Below are positions 1 to 10,574 of a stretch of 64,000 bases of DNA, piece after piece (position 1 is the first letter of the stretch; each line of letters starts with the position of its first letter). The translations under genes were made by a program, and so were the position numbers. Below the pieces are notes generated by a model, which did not search any database, was not told the DNA's origin, and saw only the letters and a program-made list of their open reading frames with translations. The stretch is from Takakia lepidozioides (Eukaryota > Plantae > Bryophyta): positions 20,894,001-20,958,000 of the forward strand of contig CM060731.1 in assembly GCA_030704615.1 (NCBI GenBank), given 5' to 3'.

Positions 1-87
1 CATTAACAACCAAGTTATCAACACATTTTACTGTCTTGGATCTGAAACATTTGAAAGTCTTCTTTAGGCATTAGAGTTATCCGTAAA

Positions 88-1121
88 GGGTCCCAAACTC
101 GCATGAGAACCCTGAGTTTGTCCAAAACTCGGTATGAAATTCGAAACTCAGGATCAAGCGGTACGACTAGAAAAAAACACGGGACCAAACTGCCAGGACT
201 AGGAAAATGGGGGTGGCAGGAGTTTGGTGCCGAGTTTTGTTAATCGTCGAGGTGGAGGCGGTCAGCGGTTGCCCTCATCCCCAGTTTATGATTTGGTGCC
301 CTCTTTTCTGACTTCGTGCTCAGTTTTCTGCACTTTCCGGATTAACTCAAACTCAGGATGAAACCCATAACTCGGGTCCAAACAGGGTACCAAACTCAGG
401 CTCACTTTACGGATAACTCTATTAAAGTTATCCTTAAAGTCATGCCCAGTTTCGTCCCCAGTTTGGACCTCTATCTTGTGTTTCATCCCCAGTTTGAGTG
501 CAAACGTAAAGTCAGCAAAATTGGGCATGAGTTTGCTAAACTGGGCAAGAATTTCTGAAATTAGGCATGAGTCCTACTCCTTGACATGATGTGATACCCT
601 GAAAGGGCAAGAAAAAGCAGGGAGGTTTTTGTTGGAGGCCCTTCACCTTCGTGATGGACTCTCCAAGTAGCGACGAGGAGTTGTCTTCTTCAAGCAATGA
701 TGAAGAGCTCGATATGGAGAGGGAGGCACAGACGATTTTTCAATGCGCAGTTGCAGCTGCAAATTCTGTTGACGTGTTTAATGCAAACGAGCTCAATGAT
801 GAGTTTCAGCAATCAATCGATCCCACTGGAGGTGCTCAAGACGTTTTGACTACTATGAGAGCCACCCTCACGCCCGTGCAGACGTCTCGCAGCTCGCTCG
901 GCGTTACGGGGCGTGCAGCTCGGCAAAATCCGAACTCCAAAGTGGGTATGAAACTAGTTTGACCACCAGTTTTGGTGAGAAATCTAGTTTCATCCCGTGT
1001 TTTTTTTCCTTTGTATGAGTTGGTCCCCAGTTTCTTAACTCGTCCCCACTTTTGGCCGCACTGGGGGTAACTCGTCGCCAGTTTTTGGCCAGTTATTGCC
1101 CTGGATGAGATTTAGGGGGTC
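88..1121 (+). mobile_element. PIF/Harbinger-like internally deleted DNA transposon
   Basis: Degenerate terminal inverted sequences (GGGTCCCAAACTC / revcomp GACCCCCTAAATCTC) flanked by AAA/TAA. Dense subterminal AAACT(C/G) and (C/G)AGTTT motifs. Internal ORF 651-962 (acidic N-terminus, then DPTGGAQDVLTTMRAT) resembles, from recall, the N-terminus of Harbinger transposases; no catalytic domain. Confidence 0.5.
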
Positions 1122-1909
1122 TAATTACATCCGTGAGAGAAAGACTCTGGCTGAGCAGGATTAACTAAGGCTGGGAACTCAATGATCAAGTTCAATACGT
1201 ATGAAGATATCTCATTCAGTAATACAGCAAAAGCTATGTGGTCATCCGATAACTTAGTGCACCTCCATTGACAGGTACCATTTTAGCTTGGCCGGGTCTG
1301 CAAGATACTATTTACTTGTCCTCTCTTTCCTGGGAAAGAAGAAACCCCCATGCTTTTCGAATGACCCCCCGACTGAGATTGTGGGCGGACAAGGAGGGTG
1401 ATAATGAAGATATCAGCCTCATTCACAGTGTCAAATTTGTCCTTCAGACATTCCCTCACATGTTGAGCCTGAAGAGCCAGTTCGTGGAATGAGAAACTGA
1501 ATGTATCCTTATTGAAATCCTAGATTGAGAAGTACTGCATAATACAGAGCTACAATTGATTAAGTTAGATACCTTGTAGACATCAAAGCACAGGAAGATA
1601 GGGAAAAAAAAGTTAGACAAGTGGGCTGAAAATTACTCCTGACAAGTGAGCTTCTGTACAGCAGTGCTGCGTCAAATCATGACCACACTTTTGCTAGTTC
1701 TCGATACAATTAGACACATGCCTCAAAACCAAGACAAGGAGACGTGTCATCTTTTCCGTTCATCTTGAAGTCAAATGATCACACAACTATACAGAGACAG
1801 GTGACGAGGTAGCCAACTGCAAAACACCGTTGAGAGTTTCAACAGAATCGGACCAACAGCTGGCTAGCCTGGCTGAAGCACATTTGAAATACTTTTGACT
1901 ACAACCTTC

Positions 1910-3173
1910 CTACGCAGCAGCTTCCTGTTTGGCAGCTTCCTCAAATGTGTCGACCTCCACCAAGTCAGGAACATCATCATTGTCCTCATCATCAGCCCCA
2001 TAACTTTCTTGCCTCTGGTACTGCTGTGCAATTTTCTTCAGGTTCGCCAAATTATCCGGGCCTGCAAAGCATTTCAGGTAACAAGTGAAATCCTCAATTT
2101 GCTGTGCTTGTCATAGGCATCTATCTAAACACTCACATACCTCATTCAACACGAACACAAAAACGTGTCATATCATCTGCACATCCTACTATGAGATAAT
2201 GGTCCATACCAAGCTGGTTGATGATCCCAGGCAGAAGATCCTGAAGTTCTGCTTGCCACAATACCCACATATCCACAGAATTAATGCTGAATGCTGATAG
2301 CAGATGGAAACTCTAGAACAGACGATATACTGATGAAAGATAGGGCCTTGAGCCAGAAAGAGATTAAGGTACTTCAACAGGTTCAACAAAGGCAAACAAA
2401 CCTGCCAAAAGACATGCGACAGTCAAGCACATGGTTCAATTCAAACAATGGCTGCCAAGATCAAAGAGTCTTCTTACTCTTAGTTTGTGAGAGCCCACTG
2501 ACAACCCACGTATTGGCAGCTATAGAGGCTTGCACTGCAAAACAAAGTCCATGCAACAGAAGAACAACTCTGTCAGGCCGACAGAAACGATTTCACAAAA
2601 ACAAACACTTAAATGCATGCCAAGGGCAAGCACGGCGAGTGTTTGTGGCCATGAAATTACGTGCATAAAGTTCAGTTAAGAGTGTATTTTTTACAGAATG
2701 GAGACAGATGGTACAGTCAAATTTGCTGGATGGACCGTCAGCAGTAGCTGAGCAAAACCTAGTTCTTGGTAGTCTTAGGGTTTTCAGGCCCTGGGCCTAG
2801 CGAAAGCCCAACATGTACCGCAATCTTAAACAACATCAGATTGCAGCTCAGGTTAAGCGAATGACCTGACCTTTGGGGTTCACAAAATGGATCACATTAT
2901 CATCCTTGAAGATGTTGACTTCCTCAATGCCTGGAATTGTGTTGACACCAAGCCTTTTTAAAGTATTCTGTAACCTCTTGTCGTCTGTTGTGGTGGTCTT
3001 GTGCACCGCTTTCTTCTTTCTGATTGTAAACAAGAACGATAATGAGGGATATCTCACGTAACATCTGTACGAGGACATCAAGGACAAGTATGACGAATAG
3101 CTCACCTTCTGACGCTGCCCTTCCCTCCAGTGCGGACCGCACTGGCCATCTTCATCAGCTTCTCCCTATTCAT
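1910..3173 (-). CDS. BTF3: Nascent polypeptide-associated complex subunit beta / basic transcription factor 3 (5 coding exons)
   Basis: GT-AG exons join to [63 protein letters not shown]...[14 protein letters not shown]...[27 protein letters not shown]...DDVPDLVE...; ATG at 3173, TAG at 1910-1912. Confidence 0.95.
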
Positions 3174-3867
3174 CTGTCACATCCAAGGCCAATCACCCGG
3201 CAGTCAATCTCCAGCTCGAGACAGACAATCCCCAAATGCATACCGGAAAAAGGAAGCAAGAGAAAAGACATAACACCTTGGGAGATGGCGGGCAGCAAGG
3301 TCAGAAGCGGAGACCACCGATGAACGCCTCGCGGAGAGAAGGGGGAGAGCAAGACAGACGAGCTAGGGTTAGCGGGCGGCGCCCGCCCGGCGCCCGCTCC
3401 CAAGCCCCGCCCGTGATGGAACCCGGGTACCCGTGTTGAGGCTGAACGGATGAACAAACTTAGCGAGATCCTCATCCACGGACGCCGGTGATGGAGACCA
3501 AGATTCCAGAACGCCACGTGGAGGTCATGCATTCGTCACACCCAAGGGCCCTCTGACTTTGCAGTAGGTATGGTCTTCCACGTTTCAACATGACACACTT
3601 GGGGAATGCGACCACGGAATTTCGCCAGACGTAAATGATAATTCATTTACCCCTGCTCCTTTCTTCCACCCCTGACCGCACGCTGGGTCCTTCCAATAGC
3701 GCCTGCCCTCGGCCCATTTTACAGGTGGCACAAAGTAGTGCCTTCCCTGCTGCCCGATTCTTGGAAAGGATAAGGGTGGCCCACCTGTCAAAATATTTAC
3801 AGTCGACCCTGGATAATTCTTATGCCTATGGAGCCAAAACGTATAATATTTATGTAGATATATCATA

Positions 3868-4634
3868 GGAGCGAACTGCGCTTACCCGACGAGTTGAATG
3901 CAAGCGTGGGTGCCTTGCCGGTATGGTCGCCGGGGATAGCCGTCCCGGCGGGCATACTGTCAAATTCCCACCCCTCCCTTGCTCCCCTCTCACCTGCTAG
4001 CCTGTATTTGTAGAATAAAGCATTAGGAAATCAGGAGTATGGCAAGAAGTGGATGGTAGCATGGTAGCTAGGTGATGTATGTTATGAAGTCAAGGCTTGA
4101 GGTTCAATCCGTGGTAATGAAATCACATTGATTGATTGGATGGACATGGGACTGATAAATATATTTTTTCATCTCCAAAATAATCCCAAGTCCAAGATCG
4201 TGGCTACGCTGCCCTATTCCCTTTGTCCCCTCATTGTTCCCAGTCCCGCTCCCCTACCACTGTCTCTTGTCTCGCTCCCCTCCTCGCCCTGTGGAACGCG
4301 GCTCGCTCCTCTGTTCCCGGTCCTCACTCCCTTCTTCGTCCTATGAAATGCGGCTCGCTCCCCTATTCCCAATTTCGCTCCCCTCCTCGCCCGGTCCCCT
4401 ACTCGGCCTATGGAATGTGGCTCGCTCCCTGTCCCACTATGGGGAGCAAGGATCTTGGACCGGGAACAGGAGAGCAAAATTGGAGAATGTTTGGGAACAT
4501 TGTCTTAAAAATGGGGAGCGTGAGGAGGGAGCAGGAGGTGTGGAGCGCTCCCCACCTTTACAGTGGAGAAGATAGTCTGAGCTCACCACCTCACACGCTT
4601 GCCTTGAACTTGTCGGGTAAGCGTAATCCTTGCC
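3868..4634. mobile_element. Non-autonomous Mutator-like element (MULE MITE)
   Basis: ~45-bp imperfect TIRs (core CGCTTACCCGAC.AGTT.AA.GCAAGCGTG) and perfect 9-bp TSD TATATCATA (3859-3867 and 4635-4643); interior rich in GCTCCCC/GGGGAGC motifs. Confidence 0.85.
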
Positions 4635-4856
4635 TATATCATATAACTGAAATAAAGGTCAAAATCTAAAACAATACAGCACGTCAAATAAAAAATAACA
4701 GTTGGAAAGGTTTAGGGTTTAGTACATACAGCCTTCACTGCATACCATATTCCTTCAATCAAACAGAATGTAAATAGAGGGTTGAAAATACGAAGTAGGG
4801 TAGAATGCCCTATGACCACTCAAATAAGCACAAACTTCGGCCTAGAGAACATATAT

Positions 4857-5139
4857 CAGAGTTTTTTTTTAATTCGGAAAATAGCACGAGTGGCTACAGA
4901 GTTTTGCAAAAATTAGGCATATATTATGTTCATCCATTCAAATTAGGACAGAATCATCCAAATCCGTACTTTCATCCATTCAGATCATCCATATTTGGCA
5001 AATTCATCCATAATTATTATTTGTTTTGGAGAAATTTGGTGATTTCATCCATGAAAAAACATGGAATTTGCTACGGAATATTCATTTCTATTTTTTGAGG
5101 TCGACGTTTGGCGAAAATTCGCCAAAAAAAAAAACGTTG
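4857..5139. mobile_element. hAT-type MITE, copy 1
   Basis: CAGAGTTTTT...AAAAACGTTG termini, 8-bp TSD ACATATAT/GCATATAT (7/8); highly similar second copy at 54395-54680. Confidence 0.85.
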
Positions 5140-5205
5140 GCATATATCGAGCTGGATTTCACAATTATTTCATGGAGAGGAAAGCCCATAACATAAGCAA
5201 TGTGA

Positions 5206-5657
5206 GAGTGTTTTCCACTGTTGGTCTAGTATGGGTATCAGACCCGATTATCAATGCTGGTATCAACCCTGGTATCACGGACCAGACCAGCCTGGTCTTA
5301 AGTTCTACAATACCATGTCATATACCAAACCAGGCTGGTATCCGTATTTTCATACCAGTCACAATATCAGTACCCCCCATGTCTTCCTCATTTACTCTGG
5401 TATGTGTATTACACTAGTTTATGTGGACATACATGTACTTATTTATATTTACTTTATGTTTATTGTATTTATTTTCACTTGATATTTGATAAACTTGTAA
5501 GTCAAGTGGCCTTTGAATGATACCAGAATTGATATCTCATACCAGCTGGTATTGTGGTCATGATACCATACTCATACCAGTATCTGAAAAAAAATACATC
5601 CAACATTATATAGACTAGACTGGTATAAAAGTTTTGTGATTGGGCTGGTACCAGGAC
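5206..5657. repeat. MITE-like segment with reiterated ATACCA/ACCAG/TGGTAT motifs
   Basis: Many short direct and inverted ACCAG/CTGGT/GGTATC motifs around an AT-rich core; termini and TSD not resolved. Confidence 0.35.
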
Positions 5658-6730
5658 AATGTCAAGTTCAGCATATTTTCATGCAGCAGGAGCAGTCCGT
5701 CATATTCTAGATACAAGTCTCGACTACAAGGAAAGTGGAGTTCCTAAGACCATTCATCCATTCAAAAATATTGTACTTCCTGTGAGTGGTCATCCACGAT
5801 CAGGTGGAGCTGACATTGCTGCCATTCTTCTCCTTGTGAAAGCTCATACATACTCACTCATATAACTGTCGGGTTTGACCACATGGAAAGACGCCCTAAA
5901 CTCATCCCCCCTAAAGTCATCCATGGAGAGCTTACATGGCCATGGAGCATGGAGAGGGCAGCATGTGAGAGGGTAGGACCCGCATGGCTGGAGCTTGGTG
6001 TGCCTCTTTGCATTTATGGCACAGAGGCCATTAATGTGCCTCTACCACCTGTGGATAGCCCCTTCTTGAGGCTAAGAGCATCACCACCCTTGAGCCCCAA
6101 AAACTCCCTGTAACACAATAGTGTCATCGATTCAGTGCCTGCTGGGTTCTGTGGCGCGGCAGCCCGACTCGCGCATACCCTTGTCCTTGAATCGCCTACG
6201 CCATCCCCGCGCACTTCGTCTCCCATTGGCCGGAAGGGGCGAGATCTCCGCCAAGATGCTGACAGGCACGCGTTTGGTCACGTTGACTTGGATTCAGGGA
6301 CGTAAATACAGCGCTCGGGATCAGTGCACGGAACAATATTCAGTGCGAGCTTTTCATGGGATATAGGGTTCCGTGCATGGGTGGGGGACGTTCCCGCCCA
6401 CCATACCCTCATGTTCCGTTGGCGTGCTACGTAATTTTCTTTTGGTCAACTTTATGGCTTTTTCGGGGGTCGGATTATATTCCATAATCCCCCACCTCTC
6501 CCCAGTCTGTGTCCCTTCTTGCCCATAATTCAAATTACACAGTACACAAGACATGGACAGACAATCTGCCGCATAATGTTCCTCCAGAGGAGACGGTTGT
6601 TTTATTATTTTTGAAATTCAATTTCTACAAGTTCTGAGAATCGGCTGCTGAACTGAGAATTGTCTGCCGCTAAATTCGAAACTGAGCATCATCTCATAAA
6701 TACTAACTACATCAATAAAGCCGTCAGTAA

Positions 6731-9709
6731 TCAGTCAGTAATCACTCGCTCCTTCATTTCTTTCCGGTAAGCAGCTTCTTCAACGCTTGAAAAGTGCAAT
6801 TCACAGTTAGAAATGGAATTCCCAATGTTGGTGGTATTGATTTGACAATTGCTCATCTGACATCCAAGCAGTTTACCGCCTTCTGGTCATTCCTTCATCA
6901 TCACATTGTTAAAATCTGCCATATTAGCATTGTCTTTGTTCATAGTATAGACAGCTGACTCCGCACGGCACCATCCTCCAAATCAGGCCGCTGATCTACA
7001 ATTTCTCCTACAGCTGGCTTCGGAAGAATCTCAAGAAGACTCGGCTTAGGACGCTTAGGCACAATCGGTTCAGGCAGAATCCGCTTAGGCACATTAGGAT
7101 TAGGTCCTTCAGTTCTTCGAAACAGATTGGATCAGGATTATAAATCACTTCAATCACTGGATCAAAAGTCACTTCAATAATATCACCTGAGTCAAGTGAA
7201 CGAGAGCTTGGAGTCCTTGAAAACAGGTCGATGTCTTTTGGCCGACGAAACCATAGCTGATTGGTAAGTGCACCCAGTGGTTCAGAAGCCTCATTAGGAA
7301 GCGAATTTGTTGTAGACTCAGAACGATAGATCAATCGTGGCCCTCTCATTCTCACTCAACCACTTTCATGTCCAGCTCCACAAAAACCTCGTCGTAGGTC
7401 CTCCGCTTACCATATTTGAATGGCTGAGCAATTATCTCCATAGCAGCCATCTTTTGAAGCTCAATACATTGATCATACCTTTGGTATAAGTTCTCATTCT
7501 TGTGGCCGCTAATAGCCATTCCGACCTACGTAGGAACGCCGCCCTGAATCATCTTCTCAATGGTGGCGTATCGCGGGCTTTGTTAGTGAAAAAACCATCA
7601 TAACTAATAAGTGCCATCATATTTCACGTCCGAGCTGTGAGCACTTTAACCCCCACATTATTCATTGAACCATGCCTGGAAACAACATGAAATCCAATCA
7701 GTAACCGTAAACTATTATGCAAAATGATCTATCACTCATGCGAGCGGCAATAGAGCACTTAATGTTGTTCTCGGATTGCCTCGAATGACCTGAAGGAGTG
7801 TCAACCAACTTCTGGATCCTCCTTAGCTAGCATGTGCCGCATCAATTGTTTATATGTCACGACAACGTCTAGCTCGTAACAAGCTACTGCATCGCGGAAA
7901 TGCTCAACCTGGAACTTTGACATCGAGGCCTTATAGTTCTCGGAGTATCTCTCGGAATACCTAAAATGAATTCACAGTAAATTAGATCGGATGTAGACAC
8001 CAATTGACAGGAATTGGTAATCATAGGAATCTCATCAATTCCGGATTTGCCAATTTGCTTAATCTGTCGACAAGTCGTCCGCACGCACTGCACATCTGAG
8101 CAAGACTGCAATTACGACACAATCAACTGTTATCATCCAGGCAGATTCAATGAAATTAATCTTCTACTAAATACTTAAAATCTGGTACTGAAATCTTAGA
8201 ATCAGGGAGTGTGTAAATCTTGCACTGGGATAGAATTCTCCGTTTAGCTTTCGTAGCCCGAGCATGTATGGAACCATAGCTTCAGCAAGCATAGGTACCG
8301 GCATGTCCTCGGTCCTAAATATCTACATGGAACTTGCGAGAAGTCTGCCACTTCCTCAATCTTAACTTGAACCATCGTTTAGCTGCCATGCTATGCTGCT
8401 GGCCGCCTTTGTTTATCTCATTCAAGTCATCCTCATCCACATGAAGGAATATATCTTCCACTTTGTACTCTTGCAGTTTGTTGACATCCGGATTCTCGTC
8501 CTCCACTATAGCAGCTTCTGTATCATTTAGGAGAATGTTTGGTAGCAATCGATTAGCCTCCATAAACGCTTCTAAATCATGCGGAGGTTCGCCCATATCC
8601 TAAAATGCTAGATCGAAGCTTGATCAAATGTCCTGGGGGATACTAGTGTGGCATGCTCATAATCCATTCCAAATGCAATTAGGCCCGCGGTTTACACGAG
8701 GCCGGGGGCCCAAGAAATCATGGGCCCAAGACTAGAGCTTTTGGGCCCACAATTGGGCTGAATGAACTGATTAAAATATAATTTTTAAGGAATTGGGCCC
8801 TCTCCGTGTAAACCCATTGGGCCCAAGCCTAAGGCCCAACCTACACTATATCAACCACTTTCCCAGCCCCTCGACTGTCTCTCTTCTTCGCTTTGCGATG
8901 TCTCAAATCTTGAATCCCTGAACTATGGAAGCAAGACTCCTGTGGCCTTGGTCCTCTTCATGGTCTTAAGCACATGATTACAACCATTTTGGCATTGCAA
9001 CAACTTAGTATAAACGATTGCGATGTGCTAGATTGTTGATGATTTCATCGTGGAAAAAGAAGGTCCAACAGATAGAGAGGGCTGATGATTCTACATGGCA
9101 GCACCTGGGTCGCGTGGTGGCCCTCCAGAGTCTCTAGTCTCTACATGCGTACAACCCCATCTCTGACCTATTTCCATCCTACAGCTGCGAAAGGCTTAAA
9201 CAAATATATTTTAATGCTAGGTTTCTTGGGACCAGGGGAAAGAGTTGGGTCTCCATCCCCAGGAGCGTTCCTTTTGTTGGGCTGGGCCCAAGAATTTGGC
9301 GCCATAAATCATGCCATCTAGGCAGCCATGTCATTTTCTTGGTCTTGGGCCCGGACCCTCGTGTAAACCCGCTTGGGCCCGATTTGAGGCTTTTGACCAA
9401 TAGGATTTCTTGTTTCTAGCTTGGTCTTGGGCCCGGGCCCTCGTGTAAACCGGCCCTTAGATTATCGAATGTCGTAAAATTAACATGATGAGACTCATCG
9501 TGGAGTACATAAGACTGAGTTGCAGCCTCTCTATTAGTAGAATTCTTGTTCACTACATTGTAGTATGGATTCTGACATGGATTTGTAATATCGCTAGCAA
9601 CACAACCCCTTGATCTAGCGTTCTCAATGACCTCAACAACTGCATGATCTGGAATAGACTTGACGCCAACAATTCTCGTTGCTACAAAATCCTTCAAGTG
9701 GACGCGCAA
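6731..9709 (-). pseudogene. Crypton-like (DUF3504-type) tyrosine recombinase gene relic, spliced, with stops and frameshifts
   Basis: Minus-strand translation gives MVPYMLGLRKLNGEFYPSA (~8280-8221; RKxxGxxYP), YSERYSENYKASM (~7960), SMNNVGVKVL, then FFTNKA/RYATIEKMIQGGVPT*VGMAISGHKNENLYQRYDQ (~7595-7465; YR box II [H/K]xxR...GH...Y). It ends in a C-terminal SNCQIN...SNCELHF with TGA at 6731-6733. Confidence 0.75.
8682..9456. mobile_element. PIF/Harbinger (Tourist-like) MITE inserted in the Crypton-like gene
   Basis: TIR GGCCCGCGGTTTACACGAGG / CCTCGTGTAAACCGGCCC; TTA TSD at 8679-8681 and 9457-9459; many internal GGGCCCA and CGTGTAAAC motifs. Confidence 0.85.
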
Positions 9710-10117
9710 GACGCTTCGTCATCTTTTACCGAGAGCTACAGAAAAATTCGCACAAATTCTACTCCTATGTATTTATAGTCTCGAATGGAAGTTGGGGAAC
9801 ATGGGAAATTCTGTGGCTAAATCTCAATCTTCTTCTTTGAGCACATGAGAAATTGGGGGGAAACACAGGGGAACTCTCCCAAAAGCAAATTACGTGCAGT
9901 GATCACCCTAGGTCACGCTGTCATGGAAATAATCTACCACTCACACTGGCGGCTACCGCCGTTCGCAGTCGCAGCAAATTATTTTCTATAACAGAACTCC
10001 CAATGGCAATTGCCTAATACATCATCTCCTTCACTCAATGATTGCCAGAAGCTACCTTCTTCCAACTCTAGTGGTTCATTCAGATAGACACTTATTCCCA
10101 GCAATTGTGCTAGCCTT

Positions 10118-10299
10118 CCAACTTTGGGGCGTGCTTAGACATTTGTTCCCCTGGACACATAAATCCGTAACTTCATCAATTTTAATAACTCAATTCGAAG
10201 AGATGTACCCAACTTTGGGGCGTGCTTAGACATTTGTTCCCCTGGACACATAAATCCGTAACTTCATCAATTTTAATAACTCAATTCGATGAGATGTAC
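10118..10299. repeat. 91-bp tandem duplication (2 copies)
   Basis: CCAACTTTGGGGCGTGCTTAGAC...GAGATGTAC at 10118-10208 and 10209-10299; one mismatch seen. Confidence 0.9.
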
Positions 10300-10574
10300 C
10301 AAACAAAGGCTCTTATTAAATGATAAGCACCACTCAATCTTAGTAGTTGATCAACATATGTGAGTTAACAATGTGGAGTGCCACCAACCACTACAATACA
10401 TTTTGAATCCTCGTGCCATTCCGAACGAGCCCTCAGTAAGATAAAACATGGACAAGGAAACTCTCCAAAAACCAATAATCCTCCAGGTCCCCTAAAGATG
10501 AGCTGTTTCTCTCCTTCTACTGAAAACTGAGATGAGTTTTCTCAACAGGTGACCAGGCCCCACAGCCTGACCAC

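Noticed and set aside
5659-6230. Possible spliced gene fragment on the minus strand
   Set aside because: Splice-like signals are present but no identifiable product.
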